From contig PWHN01000099.1 of assembly GCA_003554945.1 (NCBI GenBank), positions 9,289-73,288 of the forward strand: DNA of 64,000 nt. The letters are read 5' to 3'. The notes below the pieces were generated by a model. That model made no database searches, was not told the DNA's origin, and saw only the letters and a list, made by a program, of their open reading frames with translations. Positions 9,406 to 19,159 of this stretch are shown here, piece after piece. The position numbers and the translations under genes are program-made. Every line of letters begins with the position of its first letter. The first letter of the stretch is position 1. Origin of the DNA: a bacterium. GTDB lineage: Bacteria; T1Sed10-126.

Positions 9406-10426
9406 AGGGAGTAAGAATAAATATAGTCCGGTGGATTACGAGACGAATAGCTCGGCCAACCTTTGTCCGGGGTGTGGGCATGCTCTTATAACCAGGGCGC
9501 TCAGGCAGGCAGTTTCGGAGTTGAATCTTCCGCCGGAGAAGCTCAACGTAGTCGCCGGGATCGGCTGCAGCGGTAAAACTGTGGCTGAAATTAAGGCGAA
9601 CGGCATTCATACACTGCACGGCTGTGCGGCCCCGGTGGCCATGGGCTCGCAGGTTGCCAACCCGGACCAGGAGCATATTTTGATAAGCGGAGACGGTGAC
9701 AGCTGGGCGATTGGGTCGGGGAAGATGATAGCCTTGCTGCGGACTAACCTTGATCTGCTTTACATCTGTGAAAACAACGGCACTTATGGTTTAACCCGGG
9801 GACAGTTATCGCCAACTACAAAAATTGATAGTCCGACACGCTGGGGAATGGTAAGCGATATACCGCCGGTAGACGGTATTGGGATTGCCATGGTAACGGG
9901 CGCCACTTACGTAGCCCGGGGTTTTTCTGCGCGGCAGGAGCTGTTGGTGGAGCAGATAAAAGGGGGGATTTTACACGACGGGCTGGCCTACCTGGAAGTT
10001 TTCAGCCCCTGTCGAACCTTTAATGACCACGAGGGTAGTCATCACAGCTACAAATACTGCCAGAGACATGCTGCCGACTTCCCCAAAATATCGGTCAACG
10101 ATATCGAAGCAGATTATCCGAGCGATTCAGAACTGGAGCACGAATTTACCTACGAGGAAGATGGGCGGCAGTTTGGACTGGAGTTCGACAACCTGGACGA
10201 GATGCCCGAATACGACCCGACCGATTTGAACCTGGCTCTTAAAACCTGGGAGGATTACTGGACTGAACAGATAATTCCACTTGGCTTGCTTTATATTGAC
10301 GAATCCCAGAAGGCTCATCACGAACGTTTTTACAGCGAAGAAGACGATTATATAGCTACTTTAGAACCGGAAGAAACACGTCCCTCCCGCGAGGATTTTT
10401 CAATCATACTTGACCAGTTCCGCTAA
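9392..10426 (+). CDS. 2-oxoacid:ferredoxin oxidoreductase, beta (TPP-binding) subunit
   Basis: CPGCGH motif (LCPGCGHALITRAL). A GDG..ngtYGlT TPP-binding region (ISGDGDSWAIGSG...CENNGTYGLT). Overlaps the alpha gene end. Confidence 0.85.
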   Translation: MSENRGSKNKYSPVDYETNSSANLCPGCGHALITRALRQAVSELNLPPEKLNVVAGIGCSGKTVAEIKANGIHTLHGCAAPVAMGSQVANPDQEHILISGDGDSWAIGSGKMIALLRTNLDLLYICENNGTYGLTRGQLSPTTKIDSPTRWGMVSDIPPVDGIGIAMVTGATYVARGFSARQELLVEQIKGGILHDGLAYLEVFSPCRTFNDHEGSHHSYKYCQRHAADFPKISVNDIEADYPSDSELEHEFTYEEDGRQFGLEFDNLDEMPEYDPTDLNLALKTWEDYWTEQIIPLGLLYIDESQKAHHERFYSEEDDYIATLEPEETRPSREDFSIILDQFR

Positions 10427-10444
10427 AAAATAAATCATTAAAAA

Positions 10445-11203
10445 TCAATCGTACCAGAACTTTTTGCAGGCGCTGCGGAAGAAGACAAGCCAGGGAGCGA
10501 GGATGAACTTAGCAAACCAGAGGAAAGACTGCAAACAGTTAAAACGGCGGAACTTGCGGGCTGATGTTTTTGCCGGTGGATCGACAATAAGTCCAAATCT
10601 TTTGTTCTGGTTCCAGGCTTTGCGTGCCAGACTCAGGGCCAGCCAGATTTCCTCAGAAGCGTAAACTTTTTCACTAAATTTACCCGCCTGAAAGAAGGCC
10701 TTATTTTCAACCCAGAAATAGCTGCCTGCGGCGAGGGGGAGAAGTTTCATCAGCACGTTCCAGCACCACAGGCCCAGGCGAGCATACCAGGGAGCGTGAC
10801 GGCGGAACTCCAATTGAGCGCCACCCGCCAGGTAGTCACCAGAGTTCATCTGTTGGATAGTTGCACGCAGCAGAGCCGGAGAGAGGTGGGTGTCGGCGTC
10901 GAGGAAAAGAAACCAGTCGCCCCGGGCCTGCTCGGCGCCGGCGTTTCTTACCCGTGAAATCTGTCTTTTTGGTTCCCGGACAAGGCGGGCACCGGCCTGC
11001 TGCGCTATTTTTGCTGTCTGATCCGTGGAGCCGTTATCGACGACAATAACTTCTGTTTTCAATTCAAGTCCCTCGACGCTATCGCGGAGAGCGTTTAAAG
11101 TTTGAGGGAGCTGTTCCGCCTCGTTATAGGCGGGTATAATTATACTGAGGAAGACATCATTTATTGGCCGGTCAGGCTGCGAAGCCTGAAAATTTTCTTT
11201 CAA
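10445..11203 (-). CDS. Family-2 glycosyltransferase (GT-A fold)
   Basis: LSIIIPAYNEAEQLPQTLNAL...VIVVDNGSTDQT and a DAD motif (FLFLDADTHL). Hydrophobic C-terminal segment. Confidence 0.75.
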   Translation of the reverse strand: MKENFQASQPDRPINDVFLSIIIPAYNEAEQLPQTLNALRDSVEGLELKTEVIVVDNGSTDQTAKIAQQAGARLVREPKRQISRVRNAGAEQARGDWFLFLDADTHLSPALLRATIQQMNSGDYLAGGAQLEFRRHAPWYARLGLWCWNVLMKLLPLAAGSYFWVENKAFFQAGKFSEKVYASEEIWLALSLARKAWNQNKRFGLIVDPPAKTSARKFRRFNCLQSFLWFAKFILAPWLVFFRSACKKFWYD

Positions 11204-11550
11204 CAGGTCAGGTGGAGAGCGGCAGCGGCGTCTACACCCTCGTCATCCAGTTCATTAAACTTCTTTACGGCCCGCGCCGTGGGCAGACTTTTAAAATCTA
11301 TCTTCTGTTCTTTTAACAGTTTTTTTGCGCTTGAAGTCAGGCTCATCCGGCTGTTAGCCCCTTCGCCGAAGACAATAAAGTCGGGCTCGCGGGCGATAAT
11401 TTTTTCAAGGTCCGCGGGAATCACCCGGTGACCGCTTTCTCGCCACCAGTCGTGTAGCCAGTCACGGTGCAGGATAAAATCACTGCTTTTGGTATTGCCG
11501 TCCACCTTAACCCGGCCAAAACTGTAATCGCTCAACCTCATTGGTATCAC
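11200..11550 (-). CDS. Small hypothetical protein (possibly Mth938/DUF498-like)
   Basis: 116-aa ORF whose stop overlaps the GT2 start by 4 nt, suggesting an operon. The Mth938-like assignment is a weak guess from size and the DFIVFGEGAN stretch. Confidence 0.35.
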   Translation of the reverse strand: MIPMRLSDYSFGRVKVDGNTKSSDFILHRDWLHDWWRESGHRVIPADLEKIIAREPDFIVFGEGANSRMSLTSSAKKLLKEQKIDFKSLPTARAVKKFNELDDEGVDAAAALHLTC

Positions 11551-11589
11551 CTCATAGTCTACAAAACCTTCCGCCGGTTTCTGTCATTT

Positions 11590-11960
11590 CCGGCAAACCA
11601 TCTTCTTCACCCCCCTTGTCTTTCCCCCCTTCAAGGGGGGGAAGAAAGAGACCCCCCGTTGTCTTTCCCCTTTCGAGGAAAAAGAGGTTTCCTTTATCTT
11701 TCCCCCTCAAGGGGAAAACAGGAGCTTATCCGTAATGACGTTAGAAGGTTTTGACAGTCTGAAGTAGGGCTATTTTTTTGTTTGCTTTAATGTTAAAATA
11801 CATATCAATTTTTGACCAGAAGATAGTTACTTATGACAAAAACGTCTATCAATTCCCTCTCCCCTGGGGGGAGAGGGTTAGTGAGAGGGGAAAACAGTCT
11901 TAAAACCGTAATTTCACCCCCCTTTGGGTTTCCCCCCGTCAAGGGGGGAAAGATGCGTTG
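11590..11960. repeat. Cluster of G/C-run palindromic hairpins in the 450-bp spacer upstream of glyA
   Basis: caccccccttgtctttcccccttcaaggggggaag, cccctttcgaggaaaaagagg, ccccctcaaggggaaaac, ctctcccctgggggagaggg, cacccccctttgggtttccccccgtcaaggggggaaag. Confidence 0.6.
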
Positions 11961-11996
11961 GAAGATTCTATACTTATGAAAAAATAATTTTAGGAG

Positions 11997-13286
11997 ATGA
12001 TCGAGTTGTTTTCTGATAGTGTTGGTGAAGTTGATCCGGAAGTAGCAGAAGCATTGGAGGCGGAAGTAGACAGACAGGAAAATAATATAGAACTGATTGC
12101 TTCCGAAAATTTTGTCAGCCGGGCAGTGCTTGAAGCCGCCGGCTCAGTGATGACTAACAAATACGCCGAGGGTTACCCCGGCAAGCGTTACTACGGTGGC
12201 TGTGAGAACATGGACACAGTCGAAGACCTGGCAATTGAAAGGGCCTGTGAACTTTTTGACTGCGAGTATGCCAACGTGCAGTCCCACTCGGGAAGCGGCG
12301 CTAACATGGCTACATACATGGCGCTGATTGAACCCGGGGATACAATCATGAGCATGGATCTCAGTCACGGTGGTCACCTGTCGCACGGTGCTCCGGTTAG
12401 CTTTAGTGGTGAGCTGTACAATATTGCCCACTATGGTGTGAACGAGGAGTCGGAAGTAATCGAAGCGGAGGAACTTTTTCGGGTGGCTGACGAATGTGAC
12501 CCGGATATTGTTCTTGCCGGTTACAGCGCTTATCCTCGTGAAATTCCTTTTGACGTCTTCCGTGAGGTGGCCGACAAACACGACGCTTATTTTGTGGTTG
12601 ACATAGCGCACATCGCCGGACTTGTTGCGACCGGTCATCATTCGAGCCCTTTCCCCGAGGCGGACGTTGTTACTTCCACTACTCACAAGACGCTACGAGG
12701 CGCTCGCGGTGGGCTCATTTTAACCAACAACGGTGAAATCGCTGAAAAAATTGATAAAACTATCTTTCCGGGCACCCAGGGTGGGCCTTTAATGCACCAG
12801 ATAGCAGCCAAGGCGGTTGCTTTCAAGGAGGCTCTGAAGCCGGAGTTTTCCGACTACCAGGAACAGGTTAAGAAAAACGCCGTTCGGTTCGGCGAGGAGC
12901 TTGCTGAGCGTAACTTTCACATCGTTTCCGGGGGCACCGACAACCACCTTCTGCTGGTCAATCTCAATCCTAAGGAGATAACCGGCAAAAAGGCGGAAAA
13001 CATTCTTGACGAGGTGGGTATCACGGCGAATAAAAATACTGTGCCGGGAGAGACACGTTCGCCTTTTGTTACCAGCGGAATAAGACTGGGCACTCCGGCA
13101 GTTACTACAAGAGGGATGAAAGAGGAGGAAATGGCCAAAATAGCAGAATTAATAGATCGAGTCGTTTCCAATCCGGAAGCGGAGGAAGAACACCGGGCAG
13201 TTGCCAGTGAAGTCAGTGAGCTGACCGCCAATTTTCCGCTTTATCCTTTTATTGAGGAAGGATTCGCTGCCGCCGGTATTAGTTGA
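11997..13286 (+). CDS. glyA: Serine hydroxymethyltransferase
   Basis: Canonical SHMT N-terminus ([40 protein letters not shown]) and the PLP-lysine region [14 protein letters not shown]. Confidence 0.9.
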   Translation: MIELFSDSVGEVDPEVAEALEAEVDRQENNIELIASENFVSRAVLEAAGSVMTNKYAEGYPGKRYYGGCENMDTVEDLAIERACELFDCEYANVQSHSGSGANMATYMALIEPGDTIMSMDLSHGGHLSHGAPVSFSGELYNIAHYGVNEESEVIEAEELFRVADECDPDIVLAGYSAYPREIPFDVFREVADKHDAYFVVDIAHIAGLVATGHHSSPFPEADVVTSTTHKTLRGARGGLILTNNGEIAEKIDKTIFPGTQGGPLMHQIAAKAVAFKEALKPEFSDYQEQVKKNAVRFGEELAERNFHIVSGGTDNHLLLVNLNPKEITGKKAENILDEVGITANKNTVPGETRSPFVTSGIRLGTPAVTTRGMKEEEMAKIAELIDRVVSNPEAEEEHRAVASEVSELTANFPLYPFIEEGFAAAGIS

Positions 13287-13590
13287 AGTAGATCGCCGCA
13301 AGGACAATGTTCAGTTACAGTCGAAAATGTGATTGAGTCTGGTTGTCATTCCCGCGCAAGCGGGAATCCAGTGACGTTGATGTCTAACCGTTTATAGTCA
13401 ATAGTTAAAAGTCTATAGTTGAAATTCAAGGTCAAGTTCAAAGTCACTGGATTGCCCGGTCAAGACTTGGGACGTTATTGGTTCCGGGCAATGACGAGCT
13501 TGCGAGACTGGATTGTTCAGGCGAGTGGTCTGTAGGCGGTCATATTAGGTAAGTCAAGTTAGAGCGTAATCTAAAGGAGCGTGGGGAAAA

Positions 13591-13812
13591 ATGTTCAGTA
13601 ACTCGGTTGCGGGAATAAGTGACGCTTTTAGAAGACAGGCTGCGTCGGCAGAACGTCTGGCGGGCCTGGGAACTTCCGAAGCCGCCGGTGAGGTGGATCT
13701 TGCTGGGGAAACAACCGAACAGCTAATTAACAGGCATGCTGTTGCTGCAAATACGAGGGCGATAAACACCACCGACGAGATGCTGGGAGAGCTGCTGGAT
13801 ATTATCGGTTAG
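13591..13812 (+). CDS. Small hypothetical protein (73 aa)
   Basis: AAGGAG RBS about 12 nt upstream of the ATG. Its 3' end overlaps the convergent ftsH stop. No homology recognised; it could be non-coding. Confidence 0.25.
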   Translation: MFSNSVAGISDAFRRQAASAERLAGLGTSEAAGEVDLAGETTEQLINRHAVAANTRAINTTDEMLGELLDIIG

Positions 13813-15848
13813 TTCGCGTCTTCGTTTTCCTGCCGTTTTTTCTCTCTTTCTATAATCCCCTTGAGTTCATTGATTTTTTCTGCAACCGAATTATCTTCAG
13901 TTTCTGTTTTTTCTTCCTCTTCTTCGTCAATGGAGTCGGTTTCGGATTTTCCCGCGGATTCCTCTGCGTCTTGTTTTTCGTCCTCATCTTCGGTTTCCAT
14001 TGGCGGCAATTCTTCGCCTGCCATCAGGGCTTCTATTTCTTCCGCGTTAAGGGTCTCACGTTCGGAGAGGATTTCAATCAGGCGATCCAGCTTGTCCTCA
14101 TTTTCAATCATAATTCCCCGGGCGTGTTCAGTTGCTTCATCAATAATTTCCGAAACGGCCTGATCGATTTTCTGTGAAGTTTCCTCACTGTATTCCCGTT
14201 TGTGGCCCATTTCTTCCCCGAGAAAGACGTTGCCATTAGAGTCCTGGAAGGCAACATTGCCAAGAGCGGTGCTCATTCCCCACTGTAGAACCATTTTACG
14301 GGCCATTTTAGTAGCGCGGCGTAGATCGTCCTGGGCGCCGTTGGTGACAGTATCGAGTTTGAGCTGTTCGGCGACCCGCCCGGCCATCAGAACGGCCAGG
14401 CGATCCATCAGATCCTCCCGGGTATACATCTTTTTTTCTTCGAGAGGCAGCTGCTGAGTTGCCCCGAGAGCACGTCCACGGGGGATGATAGTAACTTTAT
14501 GAACGGGATCGGAATTTTCAGCACAGAAGGCGACAATAGTGTGGCCCGACTCATGAGTGGCCATTGTTTTCTTTTCTTCTTCGCTGATTGCCATTTCTTC
14601 CCTCTGCAGGCCCATAATCACTTTATCTCGAGCCTCGTCAAGAATTTCACGAGAAATTTCATCTACATCTTTCTCGGCAGCAAGCAGAGCAGCTTCATTT
14701 AGCAGGTTGCGTAAATCGGCGCCAGAAAATCCAGGAGTACCACTGGCAATTTCGTCCAGATCTACGTCGTCGCCCAGCGGTTTGTTTTCAGCGTGCAGAG
14801 AAAGTATTTGCCGCCGTTCCTTGAGGGTCGGCATTTCGAAGGTTATCTGTCGGTCAAAGCGTCCAGAACGTAGAAGAGCTGGGTCAAGAATGTCTGGGCG
14901 GTTAGTTGCAGCAAGTAGAATAACGCCAGTGTTGGGCTCAAAACCGTCCATCTCGGAGAGCAACTGGTTAAGAGTCTGTTCACGCTCATCGTGTCCGCCA
15001 CCCAGTCCAGCGCCCCGCTTGCGTCCGACGGAGTCAATTTCGTCGATAAATATTATTGCCGGGGCCAGTTCTTTGGCACGTTCAAAAAGATCACGGACGC
15101 GGCTGGCTCCAACACCGACGAACATTTCCATAAAATCTGAGCCTTCGGTAGAGAGAAAAGCAACGCCGGCTTCACCGGCGATTGCCCGTGCAGTAAGTGT
15201 TTTCCCCGTTCCAGGTGGGCCCACCATAAGGATACCTTTTGGAATTTCGCCGCCGAGCCGATCAAATTTTTCCGGTTCTTTAAGGAACTGGATCACCTGT
15301 TGAACTTCGTTTTTCGGCCCGGAATATCCGGCTACATTTTCAAAAGTAACGTCCGGTGTCTCTTCCTGGTAGAGTTTCGCCTTGCTTTCGCCAACTCCCA
15401 TCATCCCACCTCCGCCCATACTTTTCCTGGTTCGGTAAATGAAGTAGAGCCAGATACCGATTATGAGCAGTATGGGGAGAGAGTTTATCAAAAGCATGGT
15501 CCACCAGGTTTCTTCTTCTATCTCCGTTTTGATTTCTACGTCCATTTGACGCAGTTTATTGGTTATTTCTTCTCCCGTGCCGGGAAGGCTTAGCGGCGCA
15601 AGTTCAAACCTTGAATATCCTTCTACGTCGGTAGAATAAATCCCTTTAACATTACGAGCAAATCCCTCGGGCGAGGAGACAATGGTCACTTCGTCTAAGT
15701 TTCCTTCATCAATTTGTCGTTCAAATTCTGACCATGTGGGCTGGTGAATCTGACGGGTATCGGTGACGTAGTCATAGATCACCAGGACCAGTATTACCGA
15801 AGCTATTACAAAAACAATTCTTTTAACGTTGTCGTTCATTATTATCAA
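13809..15848 (-). CDS. ftsH: ATP-dependent zinc metalloprotease FtsH, with an acidic C-terminal tail
   Basis: N-terminal TM helices, Walker [15 protein letters not shown] region, and zinc-binding HESGH. The final ~70 aa are D/E-rich. Confidence 0.9.
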   Translation of the reverse strand: MIIMNDNVKRIVFVIASVILVLVIYDYVTDTRQIHQPTWSEFERQIDEGNLDEVTIVSSPEGFARNVKGIYSTDVEGYSRFELAPLSLPGTGEEITNKLRQMDVEIKTEIEEETWWTMLLINSLPILLIIGIWLYFIYRTRKSMGGGGMMGVGESKAKLYQEETPDVTFENVAGYSGPKNEVQQVIQFLKEPEKFDRLGGEIPKGILMVGPPGTGKTLTARAIAGEAGVAFLSTEGSDFMEMFVGVGASRVRDLFERAKELAPAIIFIDEIDSVGRKRGAGLGGGHDEREQTLNQLLSEMDGFEPNTGVILLAATNRPDILDPALLRSGRFDRQITFEMPTLKERRQILSLHAENKPLGDDVDLDEIASGTPGFSGADLRNLLNEAALLAAEKDVDEISREILDEARDKVIMGLQREEMAISEEEKKTMATHESGHTIVAFCAENSDPVHKVTIIPRGRALGATQQLPLEEKKMYTREDLMDRLAVLMAGRVAEQLKLDTVTNGAQDDLRRATKMARKMVLQWGMSTALGNVAFQDSNGNVFLGEEMGHKREYSEETSQKIDQAVSEIIDEATEHARGIMIENEDKLDRLIEILSERETLNAEEIEALMAGEELPPMETEDEDEKQDAEESAGKSETDSIDEEEEEKTETEDNSVAEKINELKGIIEREKKRQENEDAN

Positions 15849-16009
15849 CCCTGATTTTATGAAAATGATAAACAGTTTTGTTAACGGCTTTCCCCCGAAT
15901 GAGGAAAGTAGGGAAGGGAGAATACCAGCTCTGGTAGGCCCTTCAAAATTACTAAATTCTACTTAGAAGCTGCTCGTATGTCAACCCCGCCACCACCAGA
16001 GGCAGAACC

Positions 16010-16250
16010 TACCGAAGCATCTCCCCTCCCCTGGAGGGAGGGGATTAAGGGGAGGGGGGAAAGATCTTTTGACTCCAAATTCAACCCCTTATCCCCCCAT
16101 CCTAACCTTCCCCCTCCAGGGGGGAAGGAATTTGGGAAGCCCTTCGGTAGGTTCTGAACCAGAGGTGAAACCTACTGACGTCATTCCCCCCTTTCTTGTC
16201 CCCCTTGAAGGGGGGAAAGACAAAGGGGGGGGAAAAATGGATTGCGGGTC
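16010..16250. repeat. Cluster of G/C-run palindromic hairpins in the ftsH/HD-GYP spacer
   Basis: ctcccctcccctggagggaggggattaaggggagggggg, ccccctccaggggggaagg, cccccctttcttgtcccccttgaaggggggaaag. There is also a CGTCATT-type element at 16178. Confidence 0.6.
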
Positions 16251-16319
16251 CAGCCTTGGGACGTTATTCGTTTCCGCAATAACTGGAGTTCGGTAGGTTA
16301 TGAATTAGCTTGGAAAGGT

Positions 16320-17459
16320 TTAAGTATCAACTATTTGGGGACCGGTTTCTGGAGTAATGGCGATTTCAGGTGGGTCAACTAATTTTTCGCCGTCACGGGA
16401 AAGGATACGAACTATTGGCCGGCCCTGGTGGTCATGGTCGCAGACGATGCCGTGTGATCCGTCGTCAAGGTCGACCTCCAGGCCGCGGGGAAAGGGTTCT
16501 ATAAATTCAAGGAAAAGCCGAAGTATTTCAGGGTCGAAGTGCCTGTCTTCAGCTTGCATGGTTTCCATTGTTTTCAATGCCCGTGAAGGCAGCAGGCCGT
16601 CGCGATAGGCGCGGTTAGAAGTCAGGGCAGAGTAGACGTCGCAGACGGCAACTATGCGTCCGTGGAGGTGAATTTGGTTTTCTTTTCGACCGGCAGGATA
16701 TCCCCCGCCGCCGTATTTTTCGTGGTGGTGGAGAGAAGCCTGCCGGACAAGGGGACGGATAATATTTTTTCGTCGTAGCTTTCTCAAAAAATTGGCGCCG
16801 AGCGAAGGATGGCGTTTCATCGCCTCCCACTCGTCGTCGGACAAGGGGCCCTCTTTAGTCAATATATAGCGGGGTATGCGCCACTTACCAATGTCGTGTA
16901 GAAGTGCTCCCAGCCCAAGATCTCTCAACCAGTATTTAAGTGTAAAGGAGGCGGAGGCACCTGTTTGTGAGGTTGCAAAACGATAGAACTTATCCTCGTA
17001 AGCCATAACAAAAAAGAGAGCCAGTCTTGCGACGTCAAGAGAGTGTTTGGCGGTGTAATCGTTATGAGACTTAAGTGAGGTGAAGGCGGCCTGAACAGGA
17101 GAGTTTTTAAGGCTTTCAATCAAACCTTCTACAGAATTATTCAAATTTTCTGCTGAAATTTGGTCAAGTTTTTCCTGACGGAAACCATCGACCGTCTTTT
17201 TCAGTTCGGCGTTAAGTTCCTCTTCGGCGGCGGCCAGTTCCTCGTCGTGGACTAATTCATCTAGATCAGCCGTTCTCTCGTCTTCAATGAAAAGATAACT
17301 CTGCCCCAGGGTTTTTAGCCGTTTCAGATCCCGCCGGGTGAGCGAACGTCCCACCGGCAGACGAAGCTTGTAGAGTGTTCCGGGATGTTCCGATTGAATT
17401 TTTACGTCGACAGCAAGTTCGTCGCCCGGTTGGACCTGGTCCAGAGGAATTCTTCTCAT
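16320..17459 (-). CDS. HD-GYP domain protein (probable c-di-GMP phosphodiesterase/sensor)
   Basis: HDIGK and HHHEKYGGGGYP match the HD-GYP signature (HD...HHE..DGSGYP). The ~170-aa N-terminal region is unassigned. Confidence 0.75.
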   Translation of the reverse strand: MRRIPLDQVQPGDELAVDVKIQSEHPGTLYKLRLPVGRSLTRRDLKRLKTLGQSYLFIEDERTADLDELVHDEELAAAEEELNAELKKTVDGFRQEKLDQISAENLNNSVEGLIESLKNSPVQAAFTSLKSHNDYTAKHSLDVARLALFFVMAYEDKFYRFATSQTGASASFTLKYWLRDLGLGALLHDIGKWRIPRYILTKEGPLSDDEWEAMKRHPSLGANFLRKLRRKNIIRPLVRQASLHHHEKYGGGGYPAGRKENQIHLHGRIVAVCDVYSALTSNRAYRDGLLPSRALKTMETMQAEDRHFDPEILRLFLEFIEPFPRGLEVDLDDGSHGIVCDHDHQGRPIVRILSRDGEKLVDPPEIAITPETGPQIVDT

Positions 17460-17532
17460 AGGTTACCTCAGCGAACAGAGAGTAAGAATTGCAACGGTCG
17501 GTTTTTTGCTTTTTCTCCCGCCGCCGAGGAGC

Positions 17533-18903
17533 TCAGGAGATACGCTGCCAGAGATCGCCGGCTATTTCGCGGCATTCCCGTGCAACTTCAGGAACGTCGA
17601 AGACTTTTACTTCTTTATCCTGCATCAGAATATTGCCGTTAACTATCGTGGTGTCAACGGTAGCGTCAACGAGACCGTAAATGAGATGTCCGAGGAAAGT
17701 ATCGCCGCTCAACTCGGTTGGCGCGCTGTAATCAAGAATAGCAAAATCAGCGGCCGCGCCGGGTTCTATCTTACCCAGTTCAACGGGGAACAGTCGGTTG
17801 GCTATTTCGACGTTATTTTGGATAAGTAGTTCAGGGGCTTCCACAAACGCGACGCGGGGGTCGGATTTGTCGAGTTGATGGAGCAGGTGAGCGACGCGCA
17901 TCTGGGAAGGCATGTCGGAGGCCATACCATCAGTGCCAAGCCCAACAGTAATTCCTTCCTCCAGCATTTCGAGAACGGGGGCAACGCCAACGGCGTTGTT
18001 CATGTTGGATTCAGGGTTATGAACTACCATAGTGCCGGTGTCGCGGATAAGCTCAATCTCTTTTTCATTCACGTTAACGCAGTGGATGTAAAGCGTATCA
18101 TCACCGCAAATATCGTTTTCAACAAGCCGTTCAACGGTGCGCATTCCGTAATTTTCAAGAGCGTCCTGATGGTCCTCAACACCCTCGGCGACGTGCAGGT
18201 GATAGCCGACATCAAACTCTTCGGCGACTTCCCGACAGCGGGCCAGTGTATCGTCGGAGACAGTGAGGGAGGCATGAATTCCAACCATGCCACCGATAAA
18301 TTCAGAGTCCCGTGAAGAAAGGCTGTCGAGGAAGCGTCGATTTTCCTCGACCCCCTGTCCGGGTTCGTTGCGGTCCGAAACTTCATAGCTGAGGTTAGCC
18401 CGTAAGCCGGCTTGTTCGACGGCGTCAGCCAGTATATCCAGGCTACCGTCAACACAGGAAGGGCTGGCGTGGTGGTCAAGAAAGGTGGTGGTTCCGTTAC
18501 GAATGCACTCAATCAGGGGAATGTAGGCGCTGTATTCAACTGCCTCTTCCGTTAGAGCGCGGTCAAGTTTCCACCATAATCTCTCCAGTATTTCCTCAAA
18601 AGTATAGGCCGGTTCACCGGGTGGAGTGAATCCCCGCGCCATGGTGCTGTAAAGGTGGTGATGGGCACAGATGAATCCGGGCATGACAACCTGGTCGGTT
18701 GCGTCAACTTTAACCGGACAGTCGTATTTTTCCTTGAGTTCTGCTGTTTTACCAACGTCCTCAATAGAACCATTTTTAACGTAGACTGCTCCATCGTCGA
18801 TAATCTCATCGTTATCGCCCAGCGTAACAACAGTTCCATTAGCTATTAGGTACTCGTCCATTGTAAAAAGCCTCCTCAGTAAATTATATTTACAAGAATC
18901 CAC
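17533..18903 (-). CDS. Metal-dependent amidohydrolase, ATZ/TRZ (SsnA/chlorohydrolase/deaminase-like) family
   Basis: N-terminal VMPGFICAHHHLYS metal-binding motif. Internal HLHVAEG, and the ...D..H..D pattern of amidohydrolases. Confidence 0.7.
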   Translation of the reverse strand: MDSCKYNLLRRLFTMDEYLIANGTVVTLGDNDEIIDDGAVYVKNGSIEDVGKTAELKEKYDCPVKVDATDQVVMPGFICAHHHLYSTMARGFTPPGEPAYTFEEILERLWWKLDRALTEEAVEYSAYIPLIECIRNGTTTFLDHHASPSCVDGSLDILADAVEQAGLRANLSYEVSDRNEPGQGVEENRRFLDSLSSRDSEFIGGMVGIHASLTVSDDTLARCREVAEEFDVGYHLHVAEGVEDHQDALENYGMRTVERLVENDICGDDTLYIHCVNVNEKEIELIRDTGTMVVHNPESNMNNAVGVAPVLEMLEEGITVGLGTDGMASDMPSQMRVAHLLHQLDKSDPRVAFVEAPELLIQNNVEIANRLFPVELGKIEPGAAADFAILDYSAPTELSGDTFLGHLIYGLVDATVDTTIVNGNILMQDKEVKVFDVPEVARECREIAGDLWQRIS

Positions 18904-18954
18904 TCCAAAAACTTACTTGTTTAGCGCCACCAGCGACGTTACAGGTATGATCTA

Positions 18955-19118
18955 TCGCTCGTCATTGCGGGCTTGACCCGCAATCCATTTTTACGGGGTT
19001 GATCTATAATCACGTCAAGTTCAACATGGATTCCGGCTCGGAGGCCGGAATGACGTCAAGTTCAAGAACATTAACAAAATTATGAGCACTTAATGAATTT
19101 GAATTAGCTTTCAGCATA
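18955..19118. repeat. REP-like hairpins plus a partial composite-repeat core
   Basis: gtcattgcgggcttgacccgcaatccattttt; ttccggctcggaggccggaatgacg (19031-19055); tcaagttcaagaacattaacaaaattatgagcacttaatgaatttgaattagctttcagc. Confidence 0.55.
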
Positions 19119-19159
19119 ACCAGTATTTGACAGTAGGCGCTAAACAGTTACAAATTTTT

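Noticed and set aside
11467-11754. ORFs of 95 and 64 codons (11467-11754, 11541-11735) and a 75-codon ORF at 16069-16296 in the G-rich spacers
   Set aside because: They are composed of G/C-run palindromes, so the translations (PLQGGEERDPP..., PPILTFPLQGG...) simply mirror the repeat structure. I regard them as non-coding.
14557-15303. 248-aa ORF antisense to ftsH, and similar long antisense ORFs inside the DPD-like gene (19127-19882), flgK, the flagellins and the OFOR genes
   Set aside because: They are shadow ORFs on the opposite strand of strongly supported genes, with Ser/Arg-rich low-complexity translations.
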